A stretch of DNA of 64,000 nt from Candidatus Bathyarchaeota archaeon (GCA_963775685.1 CAVZJV010000014.1:1184001-1248000), one strand, 5' to 3'; positions 37,755 through 48,425 are shown, numbered from the stretch's first letter. Notes: generated by a model from the letters alone, not told the origin. Numbers and translations are program-made.

Positions 37755-38240
37755 GTGATTGCTTTGAAATCCTTAGTCGTCTATTATTCCAGAACCGGTA
37801 ATGCACGTTTCGTCGCTGAAACTATCGCGGCAGAAGTTGGTGCCGACGTTGAAGAAGTCATTGACCTCAAAAAACGAAGCGGCATATTCGGCTATTTGAG
37901 TGGTGGTTCAGATGCTCGACGTGGAAGAGAAACTGAAATTGCTCCGACCAAAAAATCCCCAGAAGGCTATGACCTGATAATTGTTGGTTCGCCCATTTGG
38001 GCAGGACGAGCAACTCCGGCCATAACAACTTACCTTAGAAAGAACGACCTTTCAGGCAAGAAAGTAGCCATTTTCTTTGTGCAGGGAGGCAAAAAACCTG
38101 CAGGCATTGAACAAACCAAAGCGTTAATGCCTAACTCGGAGTGCATTGGGGAGCTATCAGAAGTTAACGCATTACGGAATAGAAAAGAATCGGAAAAACA
38201 AATAGTGGAATGGTGCAAAACCCTCCTCACTAAAAGCTAA
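37755..38240 (+). CDS. flavodoxin
   Basis: YYSRTGN, IIVGSPIWAG. Confidence 0.88.
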   Translation: MIALKSLVVYYSRTGNARFVAETIAAEVGADVEEVIDLKKRSGIFGYLSGGSDARRGRETEIAPTKKSPEGYDLIIVGSPIWAGRATPAITTYLRKNDLSGKKVAIFFVQGGKKPAGIEQTKALMPNSECIGELSEVNALRNRKESEKQIVEWCKTLLTKS

Positions 38241-38325
38241 AGCCGATTTCTTCCCAAAAACCCTAACAATTTAGGGTAAAGTCTTATTTGAGCCAGTACC
38301 TTAACTTACTACAAAAGGGATTTAC

Positions 38326-38685
38326 ATGCAGCCGCAACCACCAAACCCTGAACATAAAAGAATGAAACGAGAGAAGAAAACAATCGGCTACATGGTGGAA
38401 ATCTACTGCCAGAACCATCACGACACCCACGGTGAACTATGCCCCGAATGCAGACAATTCAAAGAATACGCCTTTATGCGGCTAGATAAATGTCCATTCC
38501 AAGACAAGAAAAGCACCTGCGGCAAATGCTTAATCCACTGCTATCGCCCTGACATGAAAGAAAAAGCAAAAATCATAATGCGTTACGCTGGTCCGCGCAT
38601 GCTTGTCCATCATCCTACATTAGCGTTGCATCATGTTTTGGATGCCCGCCGAAAACCTCCAGTGTTGGCAAAGAAAGCAAATTAG
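38326..38685 (+). CDS. YgbA / nitrous-oxide-stimulated promoter family protein
   Basis: REKKTI..MVEIYC, RLDKCP, C..C.IHCY, MRYAGPRM. Confidence 0.88.
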   Translation: MQPQPPNPEHKRMKREKKTIGYMVEIYCQNHHDTHGELCPECRQFKEYAFMRLDKCPFQDKKSTCGKCLIHCYRPDMKEKAKIIMRYAGPRMLVHHPTLALHHVLDARRKPPVLAKKAN

Positions 38686-38730
38686 AGACACCTTTTTCAA
38701 GCTTCAAGCTCATCTTTAGGTGGTATACTC

Positions 38731-39216
38731 ATGGCTGGCGACTTTCAGTTAGAATTAGTAAAGTGGCTTGTTGGAGCAGAAAATATCGTCATAGCTGGAA
38801 TTGGAAATTCTATTCGCCAAGATGACTACGTTGGGTTAAAAATCGTTGAGGACATGCAGGGAAAAGTTTCAGAAAACGTTCGCCTTTTGGAATGCGAGAC
38901 GGTTCCCGAAAGTTACTTGTTGGATATAGAACAGCTCAAACCCACACATGTCCTGTTGATTGATGCTGCTTTTTTAGGGCTAAAACCTGGAGAAGCCCGT
39001 CTTTTTGATGCACAAAAAATCGTGGATTTTCCTGCAGTCACTACCCATGTGTTGCCTTTGAGGATTTTCTGCGAGTACATTAAGCAAGCGACAGGCGCAA
39101 AAATCGGTCTGTTGCTTATTGAACCAAAGGTTATGGAGTTTGGAGAAGGCTTAAGCGATGAAGTGAATGCATCGGCAGAACGGTTAACTAAATTTTTGCT
39201 TTCAATGCTTTGTTAA
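38731..39216 (+). CDS. hycI: hydrogenase maturation protease
   Basis: GIGNSIRQDD, ETVPE, IDAA, TTHVLPL. Confidence 0.9.
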   Translation: MAGDFQLELVKWLVGAENIVIAGIGNSIRQDDYVGLKIVEDMQGKVSENVRLLECETVPESYLLDIEQLKPTHVLLIDAAFLGLKPGEARLFDAQKIVDFPAVTTHVLPLRIFCEYIKQATGAKIGLLLIEPKVMEFGEGLSDEVNASAERLTKFLLSMLC

Positions 39217-39821
39217 GTCTTTTTGAAAACGTAAGTTATGCTGAGCTTTATTTTGCCTTTAGAATAATCGGTTTCTTTGACTTCGATTTGGTCCGTATTT
39301 ATCCAGTTTACCGTTGTTTTTTCTTCTAAATCTTCTTTTTCAAAGCACCTTTCAACTGAACTCAAGGTTTTTGTAGTCTATCCATTCACCGATATGACCA
39401 TGAGATTCACCTTTGGAGGTTACTCTGAAAAGATGCATCTTGCCTGTGCTTGGTCAAAACTCCTAATATCGCTCTCATAATAGTCATCCAATCCTTCAAT
39501 GTACAGGTCCATTTCCAAGTCTACGCCAAGTTGAGAGGTCATTTCATAGGCCGTCATAGTTCCGCAACCGGGAGAACCTTTGACGTTGGATGGTTTCATA
39601 GCTATTCCCACTGACCATTCGCCGATTTACTGTTTAAGCAATTTTTGTTCTCTGATCTGCTGTGGCATAAAATCAACCTTGAAAAACCAAGCAGCCTACA
39701 GCCTAATTAGGGTAATAAAGGCTTGTCGTTGGTAGCTTGCAACAAAGGAGAATTTGTCAAGTAAAACTTGTTAAAAACCAATTTAAGCGCTCAATAAACA
39801 TATGTTTCTGAGGTATAGCAA

Positions 39822-40385
39822 ATGATGAATCGAAATGAGCAAATTGAAAACGTCATTTTTCAAGCCTTAGCTCATCCAACTCGAAGAACTATAATTAGGT
39901 TTGTGGAATATAGAAATCAAGGCATATCCTACACTGAACTCATAACTGAACTTGGAATGTCAACGGGAAAACTAAACTACCACATAGAACAGCTGAAGGG
40001 TCTGATTGAAAAAAACAGCAATCAACGTTACGTTTTGACTCCTTTTGGCAAAAAAGCTATCGAGCACCTTAACCTTATCGAGCAAAAAATCAGTTCCGAA
40101 GATGAAAAATATGTTAAAATAGCCGCTCTATCACAAAAAACCAGTCTTCAACCTATGGTAAAAGCATTCCTATCGATCAGCATTGCTCTATCCGCTGTTT
40201 TGACCTCTATATGGGTCTTTCTAGCTTACGTATTTGCCGTAGAGGGTGCACCAATTATTGCTTATGTTCTTATGCCAGTTCTGATCTCGGTTGGCTTTGG
40301 TTTCCTGGGCTCATTAATATATGCTTTGGTTAAAGCACCCTCATGGGTTAAACGGTTTGAGCAGAGATTTTTCGGAGAAAAATAG
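39822..40385 (+). CDS. ArsR-type wHTH regulator with 2 C-terminal TM helices
   Basis: IFQALAHPTRRTII, STGKLNYHI, YVLTPFG. Confidence 0.85.
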   Translation: MMNRNEQIENVIFQALAHPTRRTIIRFVEYRNQGISYTELITELGMSTGKLNYHIEQLKGLIEKNSNQRYVLTPFGKKAIEHLNLIEQKISSEDEKYVKIAALSQKTSLQPMVKAFLSISIALSAVLTSIWVFLAYVFAVEGAPIIAYVLMPVLISVGFGFLGSLIYALVKAPSWVKRFEQRFFGEK

Positions 40386-40461
40386 CTAAGAAAAGCCAGT
40401 TTCCCCTCTTTTTGAGCTTTTATAAAATATTAATTAGCCTGTTTCTATTTAGCATTGTACC

Positions 40462-40950
40462 GTGAAAACCATGTCTGGAAAAGCAGTAGTGATTATGGGT
40501 TCTGAACGGGATTTGAATTTCTCTCGTGAAATCGCAAAATACCTAAAACTTCTAGGCGTAAACTACGAGTTTCGGGTGGCTTCAGCCCATAAAACTCCAG
40601 AGAAAGTGCTTGAAATAATCAAAGAGTTTGAGAAAGAAAAAGTAGTTTTCATTACTGTTGCGGGTCGCTCCAACGCTTTGAGCGCTTTCATTGATGTTAA
40701 CACTCCAAAGCCAGTTATTGCATGTCCACCATACAGCGAGAAATTCGGCGGAGCAGACATCTACTCTTCGCTAAGGGTTCCAAGCGGCATTGGCAGCGTT
40801 GTAACTATTGAGCCTGAAGGCGCAGCGATTGCAGCCACAAAAATCTTAGCTTTGGAAGACGCAGAGTTGGCTGTTGGAGTGAAGGAGTATCAAGAGAGTA
40901 AACGCAAAGAACTCGACACCGCAAACGAATCAGTAAAGAAACTCAAATAG
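40462..40950 (+). CDS. purE: AIR carboxylase / N5-CAIR mutase
   Basis: IMGSERD, VASAHKTP, AGRSNAL, PVIACP. Confidence 0.92.
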   Translation: MKTMSGKAVVIMGSERDLNFSREIAKYLKLLGVNYEFRVASAHKTPEKVLEIIKEFEKEKVVFITVAGRSNALSAFIDVNTPKPVIACPPYSEKFGGADIYSSLRVPSGIGSVVTIEPEGAAIAATKILALEDAELAVGVKEYQESKRKELDTANESVKKLK

Positions 40951-41201
40951 CAACACTATAACTTCGGTTTTGACAAAATTGCAATTGTTCATCACCACTT
41001 TACAATACGAGTATAGACGAATAGGTTAGTTGTCTGAAGCAGAAATAAAGCAATTTAGAAAACAATGTTTGAACTAGTTGAAGATAGGCGTTGGCTCGGC
41101 TTGAATTTTGACAGTAGTTATCAAGGGATACCTGTCCACAGTTATCTTGTTGATGACGCAAGTTTTGTCATGTACGCCGTCGCCAAAAATACCGGACCAG
41201 C

Positions 41202-41254
41202 TTAGTCAAGAAATCTTTACTAAAAAACCAGCGGTTAGTCAAGAAATGTTGATA
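41202..41254. promoter_or_regulatory. tandem operator-like sites
   Basis: TTAGTCAAGAAAT at 41202 and 41235; the first is the near-palindrome TAGTCAAG-AAAT-CTTTACTA; a TATA-like TTTTAA follows at ~41262. Confidence 0.5.
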
Positions 41255-41300
41255 ACAAAGCTTTTAACCTAAAAGCAACCAAGTAAAAAATGGTGAAACC

Positions 41301-41489
41301 ACGAAAAAAGGCGCATCATTACTGCTTATCTTAGCAATAATTGCAGCATTTTACTTGGTGATATTTTCGCCCTTTAAAGGTATTTTGCCTCAGTCATTCA
41401 TTATTGTAGTCACCATATTTGCTTCAGTTGCGCTTTTTGGCGTTGTCCTATCCCTCTGTTTTAGAAAAAGAAACAAAAACTTTGCATAA
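41301..41489 (+). CDS. small 2-TM protein beginning at ACG
   Basis: GGTGA RBS, then ACG-KKGASLLLILAIIAAFYLVIF...FRKRNKNFA*. Confidence 0.45.
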   Translation, partial: TKKGASLLLILAIIAAFYLVIFSPFKGILPQSFIIVVTIFASVALFGVVLSLCFRKRNKNFA

Positions 41490-41506
41490 TGAAAAAGGAA
41501 AAGAAG

Positions 41507-41788
41507 TTATTCTCTGCATTGCCTAAGGGTACGCAGTTCTTCGATGGTCTTATTTAAAACTGCCTTATCGGTGAAGGATTCAACTGCGGAGACAGGCAAG
41601 CAAACTATAACCTTTCCAAGGTATGGATGCTTGAAACCCAGTTTTTTTGATGCTTCGTCATTTAAAGCGACAAATAAATTGATTATTTGCCAGTTGCTCA
41701 TGTCTAATTCTGCGCTTTGCACTTCTCCGAGGGCAAAGCCATCTGAAGTGAAAGCTGGTTTCCAAAATAACCGTGTAATTTCAACCAT
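41507..41788 (-). CDS. PRC-barrel-like protein
   Basis: KPAFTSDGFALGEVQSAELDMSNWQI...LPVSAV. Confidence 0.75.
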   Translation of the reverse strand: MVEITRLFWKPAFTSDGFALGEVQSAELDMSNWQIINLFVALNDEASKKLGFKHPYLGKVIVCLPVSAVESFTDKAVLNKTIEELRTLRQCRE

Positions 41789-41897
41789 TTAAAAACCTTC
41801 AGATAGTAAATATCAAGCGCTTCTTTATATCTTTTTTTTAAAGGCAGATGCAGAAGTCTTTTAGCTTTCCAAGAATAATAGTTACTTTGGTGTTTTA

Positions 41898-42287
41898 TTG
41901 TCAAATTCTAAAAACCAAACTACCCTAAATCAGCTTACCCCTGAAGAACAACAGGTCATCGTAAAGAAAGGCACCGAAATACCCTTCACAGGAAAATACT
42001 ATGCATTCTGGGAAAAAGGCACCTATGTCTGCAAACGCTGCGGAGCAAAACTGTACCGTTCAGAAAACAAGTTTGAAGCAAACTGCGGCTGGCCAAGCTT
42101 TGACGACGAAATTCCCGGTGCAGTAAACCGGCTTCCTGACCCCGATGGTGTGAGAACAGAAATTCAATGCATTAACTGCGGCGCCCACCTTGGACATGTC
42201 TTCACGGGTGAGCATTTTACTGAAAAAGATACGCGGCATTGTGTTAATTCTATGTCGATGGAGTTTATCCCAGACAAAACCCCGTAG
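41898..42287 (+). CDS. msrB: methionine-R-sulfoxide reductase
   Basis: GTE.PF, CGWPSF, GAHLGHVF, RHCVNS. Confidence 0.95.
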   Translation: MSNSKNQTTLNQLTPEEQQVIVKKGTEIPFTGKYYAFWEKGTYVCKRCGAKLYRSENKFEANCGWPSFDDEIPGAVNRLPDPDGVRTEIQCINCGAHLGHVFTGEHFTEKDTRHCVNSMSMEFIPDKTP

Positions 42288-42348
42288 CTTCAACGCGAAA
42301 GAGTTATACACGACATAGCCCAAGTGGCATTTAGCAGGCGGCTCGGCT

Positions 42349-43125
42349 TTGGCTGACATATTCGGAGTCCAAATTCCACTTTCCACAGTATTCGAAATAA
42401 TAGTAATTGCCATAATCGCGGTTGCTCTTGAGAGATTAGTCAGTCGTTACCTAACAGGTTTTGCCAAACGCATCAAGCTTGAACCAAATGCAGGCAACAA
42501 CCTTGTCTTGACCTTCCGAATACTTATCCTAATATTTGCCATATTAACCGTAAGCAGCGTGGGCGGAGTGCAAGCGGCCTGGCTTTTGTCAATTTCAGCT
42601 ATAGGAGGCGCTGCTTTGGGTTTTGCATCTCAAAAGACAGTGGGCAACTTCTTGGCTGGACTCTTCCTTTTAGCCGCAAAACCCTTTAAAGTTGGCGACT
42701 ACGTGAAAATCGGAATCGTTGAAGGAATAGTGCAAGAAATCACCATAAACTATGCCAAAGTTTTAACAGCAGCCCACAACACCGTTTCAGTTAGCAACCT
42801 CCAAATCTTGGACCGGGACATAACTAACTTCCTCTTCGAAAGCACAAAAACATACAACCTTTACTGCTACACCTTCGAAATCGGCTTTGACCATGCTGTT
42901 TCAACGGATAAAATTGCTGAGATATTCAATAAAGTCTTTGAAAAGCATCAACGTACACTTCCAAAAACGCCTAGCTATGTTCTTACGCGATCTGGAGCGT
43001 TTGAAAGAGTTTACACAATTTACCTTTATGTAGAACACCCTGAAGAAATTTTTACCCTTAGACCCCGAATTGCTCAAGACGTGTTTCAAGGCTGGGATGA
43101 GGAAAGAGGAAAAATAAAACTTTAA
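42349..43125 (+). CDS. mscS: small-conductance mechanosensitive channel
   Basis: ALGFASQKTVGNFLAG, PFKVGDYV. Confidence 0.88.
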   Translation: MADIFGVQIPLSTVFEIIVIAIIAVALERLVSRYLTGFAKRIKLEPNAGNNLVLTFRILILIFAILTVSSVGGVQAAWLLSISAIGGAALGFASQKTVGNFLAGLFLLAAKPFKVGDYVKIGIVEGIVQEITINYAKVLTAAHNTVSVSNLQILDRDITNFLFESTKTYNLYCYTFEIGFDHAVSTDKIAEIFNKVFEKHQRTLPKTPSYVLTRSGAFERVYTIYLYVEHPEEIFTLRPRIAQDVFQGWDEERGKIKL

Positions 43126-43129
43126 TTTT

Positions 43130-43507
43130 ATGCAACTTGTAAAATCACTAAAAAGGAAGATAAGTATGAAGACTCAAAACAGTGAAAAAATCTTACTTGA
43201 GGCAAAAGCAACTCAGTTAATTGGGTTAATCAACTATCAAGAAGGCTCAGTTGTAAGCCGCACAATAATCGACAAGAAAACAGGAACCGTAACGTTGTTT
43301 GCTTTTGATGAGAATCAAGGTTTAAGCGAGCACAAGGCACCCTACGACGCAATGGTTTACGTTCTTGAAGGCGAAGTTGTAGTCACCATATCGGGCAAAC
43401 CCATTAGCTTAAAGGATGGTGAAATGACCATCATGCCGGCAAATCAGCCCCATGCCTTAACGGCGAATACAAGGTTTAAAATGCTCTTAACCATGATAAA
43501 ATCTTAA
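43130..43507 (+). CDS. cupin domain protein
   Basis: VTLFAFD..QGLSEH, MPANQPHAL. Confidence 0.88.
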   Translation: MQLVKSLKRKISMKTQNSEKILLEAKATQLIGLINYQEGSVVSRTIIDKKTGTVTLFAFDENQGLSEHKAPYDAMVYVLEGEVVVTISGKPISLKDGEMTIMPANQPHALTANTRFKMLLTMIKS

Positions 43508-44118
43508 GGTTTGCCGCCCCACGTATCCAAAAAACAAAATTCAACAAGCGACTTTTTTGGGGGCACACAAGGAGTCTCAGCAGGGTAACCCATTATGACA
43601 AACGCTTCGGGCTCCACTGAATCAGGAATTTTGAGCACTTTTCGCACTGTTTCTTTGCAGAATCCAGGAGCACAAAACCAGCAGGCTCCCAAACCTTTCA
43701 TATGGGTCGTCAAAAGCAGGTTCTGCATGGCTGCGCCCAAACTTTGCATTGCCAAGTCCCTCTCGCAGGTCTGTCTTTTGTCATCAGGAAATTTTCTGAG
43801 TCCCTCTAGGGTTGAGCAAGCAAGAATTAGCACCGGCGCATCCGCAAACCACTCGACCCTTTCCTTACGCATTTTCGCCTCAACAGTTAAGCCGTCCCTC
43901 TCCAAGTCGACTACCCAGGCATCAGCCATATCAATCGCCAGCCTTCGCTTAACAGAAGCATCGGCTAAAACGATAAACCACCAGGGCTGAGAGTTGTGAG
44001 CTGAAGGAGCCCAGCCAGCAGCAATCAAAACTTCCTCAACCATTTCTCTGGGAACGGGCTTGGACAAATACTTTCTAATGCTGCGTCGCTGCCTAATCGC
44101 ATCGAACAGGTCTGTCAT
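43504..44118 (-). CDS. nitroreductase-family protein
   Basis: RRSIRKY, APSAHNSQPW, QNLLL..GLGACW. Confidence 0.92.
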   Translation of the reverse strand: MTDLFDAIRQRRSIRKYLSKPVPREMVEEVLIAAGWAPSAHNSQPWWFIVLADASVKRRLAIDMADAWVVDLERDGLTVEAKMRKERVEWFADAPVLILACSTLEGLRKFPDDKRQTCERDLAMQSLGAAMQNLLLTTHMKGLGACWFCAPGFCKETVRKVLKIPDSVEPEAFVIMGYPAETPCVPPKKSLVEFCFLDTWGGKP

Positions 44119-44149
44119 GGATACAGTTTATGCGGGCTTTCTTTTTATC

Positions 44150-45190
44150 TTATGCTGTGTTAGGCTCCAAAATTATCTTTAGCGATTGCCCAGCTTCAGC
44201 CATCAATCGGAAGCCTTCCTGTGCATCACGCAAACTAATCCTATTCGTAATCATATCTTTAACATTAATGCTCCCTGTAGCCAGATATCGCAACGAATCT
44301 TCAAGGTCACCTGGAGCAGCGCCATAGCTAGTGCGCATGACAATTTCGTTGCGCCAAAACTGGTTAATGGGAACAGGTAACTTCACGGTTGGCTCAGGCA
44401 CGGCAAAGAACAGTATGATTCCGCCATTATCCACGCAATCCAACGCTGCCATGGCAGCTGAGGTTGCACCCGTGCAGACGATAACTTGGTCGGCTAAGTG
44501 TCCATTGTTGACTTCCTTGAGTTTTTGGGGAAGGCTTTCTTTTGCGTTTAGGGTGTGGTTCGCGCCGAATTTTTTTGCAAGCTCCAACCTATAGGGGTTA
44601 ATGTCGGCTACGGCTATGTTTTGTATGCCTTTGAACTGAGCGAGTTGTGTATGCAATATGCCAGAGATGCCGCTGCCGATGATGAGCAATGAGTCTTCTT
44701 TTTGCAGGTTTGCCAGCCTTTGAGCCCTAGACACGCAGGCTAAGGGCTCGATGAAGGTACCTTCTTCAAAGCTCATGGCGTTTGGGAGTTTGTAGATGCC
44801 GTATTGGACGTTGATTTTGGGAACTTGGATGTATTGTGCGAAACCGCCGGGGTAATAATTGGTTGTGTGAAGGGTATGGCATGCTGTTTGGCTGCCGCGT
44901 TTGCAGTAGCGGCACTGGTAACAGGGAACATGGTGGGATACAAAGACCCGATCGCCCTCGTTAACTCCAATAACTTTTCTGCCAACCTTGCTAATGATGC
45001 CTGTTGCTTCATGCCCTAGCACGAGTGGTGCCTTTGGAACACGATACCATTCGATCACGTCGCTGCCGCATATACCGCTAGCCATCACTTTGAGCAGCAC
45101 TTCGTCGTCACCTATTTTTGGGATTGGAATTTCTTCGATGCGGACGTCATGGTTATTGTAATAGAAGGCTGCAAGCAAACGGTTCACCAA
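44150..45190 (-). CDS. Zn-dependent alcohol/sugar dehydrogenase (MDR family)
   Basis: GICGSD, LGHE, CYQCRYC..C, GSGISG. Confidence 0.92.
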   Translation of the reverse strand: MVNRLLAAFYYNNHDVRIEEIPIPKIGDDEVLLKVMASGICGSDVIEWYRVPKAPLVLGHEATGIISKVGRKVIGVNEGDRVFVSHHVPCYQCRYCKRGSQTACHTLHTTNYYPGGFAQYIQVPKINVQYGIYKLPNAMSFEEGTFIEPLACVSRAQRLANLQKEDSLLIIGSGISGILHTQLAQFKGIQNIAVADINPYRLELAKKFGANHTLNAKESLPQKLKEVNNGHLADQVIVCTGATSAAMAALDCVDNGGIILFFAVPEPTVKLPVPINQFWRNEIVMRTSYGAAPGDLEDSLRYLATGSINVKDMITNRISLRDAQEGFRLMAEAGQSLKIILEPNTA

Positions 45191-45199
45191 AAATGAGGG

Positions 45200-45997
45200 T
45201 TAGGTTTTGCCTAATACAATTTGGTTGTAGATATCGTCGGCTTCTTGGGGAGTGTAGCCTTCGTGGATTATGGCGCGAATAGCTTTGATGGAAGCTACGG
45301 GGTGCGCCGTTTGCCAGATGTTTCGTCCCAAGTTAACGCCTATGGCGCCCTTCTGCAAGCCTTCATAGACAAAATCGAAAACTTCCCGCTGGGTTTCTGT
45401 TTTGGGACCACCCGCAATCACTATAGGAACCGGGCAGCCGTCCACAACTTTTTCAAAATGCTCTTTGCAATAGTAAGTCTTAACGACACGAGCGCCAATT
45501 TCAGCGGTTATGCGGGCTGCTAAGGCTAAGTATCGGGCTTCTCGCTTTTCAAGTTCCTTGCCGACTGCACACACAGCCATGACAGGTATACCGTATTCTT
45601 CGCATTCGTCGACGAGTTTGGCCAAGTTTCCAAGACTTTTGTTCTCGTATTTGGTTCCAACAAAGACGGACATAGAGACAGCTGAAGCGTTTAGCCTGAC
45701 GATTTCCTCTATGGATGTAACTATACTTTCGTTGGCTAGATCTTCTCCAACCACAGAGACAGCGCCTGAAACCCGCATTATGATTGGTTTCTCGATAGAG
45801 GGATCGATACAGTTACGTAAAACGCCGCGTGTAAGCATAAGGCCATCGGCGTATTGAATAATTGGCTTTATAGTTACGCCAGGGTGCTCAAGACCATGTG
45901 TGGGTCCCTGGAAGTAACCATGGTCAATCGGCAAAAACAGGGCTTTGCCGTCTTTCTGGATAAGTCTACTTAGGCGATTTTTCATTCCCCAATCCAT
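45200..45997 (-). CDS. lsrF: LsrF-like class I aldolase/thiolase
   Basis: DWGMKNRL, DHGYFQGP, VKTYY, IAGGPK, GRNIWQ. Confidence 0.85.
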   Translation of the reverse strand: MDWGMKNRLSRLIQKDGKALFLPIDHGYFQGPTHGLEHPGVTIKPIIQYADGLMLTRGVLRNCIDPSIEKPIIMRVSGAVSVVGEDLANESIVTSIEEIVRLNASAVSMSVFVGTKYENKSLGNLAKLVDECEEYGIPVMAVCAVGKELEKREARYLALAARITAEIGARVVKTYYCKEHFEKVVDGCPVPIVIAGGPKTETQREVFDFVYEGLQKGAIGVNLGRNIWQTAHPVASIKAIRAIIHEGYTPQEADDIYNQIVLGKT

Positions 45998-46000
45998 ACA

Positions 46001-46225
46001 TTATTTCTCCGAGGAAGCTTTTGGCTTTAGAATTAAATAACCTTTTTCTATGATCCAATGGTGAAACTGCCATGTTGTGTATAGGCAGGCGACGCCACAT
46101 TTTTGGCGGGTCTGCTCGTACCCTGGCGAATCTTCTGATTGCCGGTTTAACTCTAACTGAACTGGACATTTGACGTCTTTGCAGAACTCTCTGCGCTTGT
46201 ACTCAAAGTAGCCTTCAGGAACCAT
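46001..46225 (-). CDS. small Cys-containing protein in the lsrF operon
   Basis: FCKDVKCP..CGVAC..WQFHHW; ends 3 nt before lsrF. Confidence 0.7.
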   Translation of the reverse strand: MVPEGYFEYKRREFCKDVKCPVQLELNRQSEDSPGYEQTRQKCGVACLYTTWQFHHWIIEKGYLILKPKASSEK

Positions 46226-46436
46226 TATCTCATCCGTGCTAAACTCTTTCCTTTTGAGCTATTAAGTCTTCGCAGATAACTAACGACAACATTGAAGAGA
46301 AGTTGGTGCTGCAACGGATCCTGCAGTAGAGGTGCAACAATCAACTCTTTAAGTGGGTATTTAGCTTGCAAAATCCTCTTTGTTAAACACCCAACTTTAG
46401 GTTAACTTTTTTAAACCATAATTCCTCAAACCTCGT

Positions 46437-47068
46437 ATGCCCAGGTACTATCTATTAGGCGGAGAAAACACCCATAAAAGAGATGCTCAAGAAGTAAACC
46501 AAAGAGCCTTCAACGATGCAGGCGGGCGACCGAGAGTTCTGGTGTTTTCTTGGACAAGAGCGTCCTTCGATAAAACCTACCCTAAAAGAAAACTCTTGTT
46601 CGATTACTTTAGAAGCTTAGGCTCAACCACAGTAAATACCATGGATTATTCTAGCTCATGTTCAGAAATTAAAGAAAGAATCTGCGAATCAGACCTTGTC
46701 TATTTAACGGGTGGTGTTCCCAGCGTTTTGGTGGAGCGCCTGAAAAAGCTAGGATCGGCATTTTACTTGAGGAGTTTGAGGGGGTTATTGTTGGCCGAAG
46801 TGCTGGTGCATTGGCGCTTTGCCGAAAAATTGTGATAACTTACCGAGACAGCTGTGCAGTTAAAGTCATCGACGGGATAGGCCTTGTAAATTTAACGCTT
46901 AAAGCCCATTATAAATTAGGGGTGGATGAAAAATTAGAAGAGTTATCGGAAAACCAGGATATTTTTGCAGTCCCAAAAGGCGCAGCTATCGTTTGCGAGA
47001 ACGGAAATATGTCTTTCATAAACAAAGTTTACTTATTCCATAAAGGCAAGAGACAAATTCTGCGCTAA
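46437..47068 (+). CDS. peptidase E / S51 family protein, frameshifted at ~46753
   Basis: VYLTGG, then the shifted frame VIVGRSAGALAL and KAHY. Confidence 0.75.
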
Positions 47069-47120
47069 AAAATGAGATGCCAAAGTTAGTCTGTGATTTA
47101 TTGTTGAACTTATTTTTTCT

Positions 47121-47372
47121 TCAATGAAGCAGCGAGGACAACAACAGCAAGGACTGAGTCACCAAAAGAACAGCGCCGAAAACGATTAGTGGAATCTTGA
47201 AGGCAGGCTCAGAATGCAAAACGGTGGTAGACGGAGTCATAAACATGCCACCCAGATAAGCTGCTAAAAAAATTCCTACAAAAACTGCACCTACACCTTG
47301 AAGAGCAAACAGCAAGGTACGTATTGGTTTATTATTTTGCTCCAAAGCAAGCCCTCCATAAACAATTATCAA
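47121..47372 (-). CDS. small membrane protein
   Basis: Two hydrophobic helices flanking TVLHSEP. Confidence 0.55.
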   Translation of the reverse strand: MIIVYGGLALEQNNKPIRTLLFALQGVGAVFVGIFLAAYLGGMFMTPSTTVLHSEPAFKIPLIVFGAVLLVTQSLLLLSSLLH

Positions 47373-47448
47373 TTATTTATCAAACATTTAATTATATAAA
47401 ACTTTAATTTTGGGCCCTGCAAACCGAAAGTATAATATATTCAGCCAA

Positions 47449-48425
47449 ATGATTGCTTTTCACCGACGGGTTGATTCTATACGGAACAGCATCAAATAGT
47501 TACCCCGCTAAAAGTGGGCATACTGATTGTAGCTCTCTCATATTTCCTATTAACTTTGCATGCATTGTTTACACTTGAATGGGTAGGCGAATGGAACCGG
47601 ATAGCGGGAGGATCATATTCATTTGCGATTTTTCTTGAAGACGTAACGGCCTTTGTTGGCATTGTTTTCGGTTCTTGGCAGGGATAATTGCTTTCGGTGC
47701 GCGACTTATTACTTTTCAGAAAGGATCTACGTCCACTCCAAGACATATCAAATCCTGAGAATTATCGTGTTCTTTGAGGCATTTTACTGGATAACTCTTT
47801 GCCGACGGCTTATTTCGAAGTTATAGGGTTGACAACAATGCCGATTACAGGTTTGTTCGATTACTTTGTGACTACAATACCTGCCGTGGTGGAATCCATA
47901 GTTCCCACTGTTACCTTGCTTATATTAGCTGGAAAGCTCAATCAAACAAGCCTGCCAAAAACGCGATAAAGTGGGCGTTAATTTCAGGCACAATCTATGT
48001 CGAGTGTTCTGGTTCTTAACACGGGCTCATGGATGTTGGTAATCATAGGAAAAAGGCACACATTATCTAACCAACTATCCACAGCACATACTGTAGTTTC
48101 GATCATAACAGTGTTTGGGTTACTTCACTTAACAATTTATACAGGATATTTTCCATGGAAGTCCCGAGAGTTCAAAGCCTGTCAAGAGTTAAACTTAAGA
48201 GCTTCAGGAGCGATCTCGACCGCACTTGGATTATATTTCCTATGGAACTACATTTCGTGGATATTCTTCGGAGGCGACTATAATGGAGCAGTTGGTATGC
48301 TTGGTTCTTGGCCACAACCTGGATTTTGGCTGCTTTCACTTCCACTAGTTGGGTTACCATTGCTCTTCTACCGAAAACCCACAAACCTACCACTGAAACA
48401 GAAAACAAAACTGAATAACACTTAA
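47449..48425 (+). pseudogene. multi-TM membrane protein broken by frameshifts
   Basis: Fragments KIVTPLKVGILIVALSYFLLTLHALFTLEWVGEW... in changing frames lead into the 47997-48425 ORF. Confidence 0.55.

Noticed and set aside
39234-39611. Short ORFs between hycI and the ArsR gene
   Set aside because: Fragmentary, interrupted by stop codons, and no recognisable family
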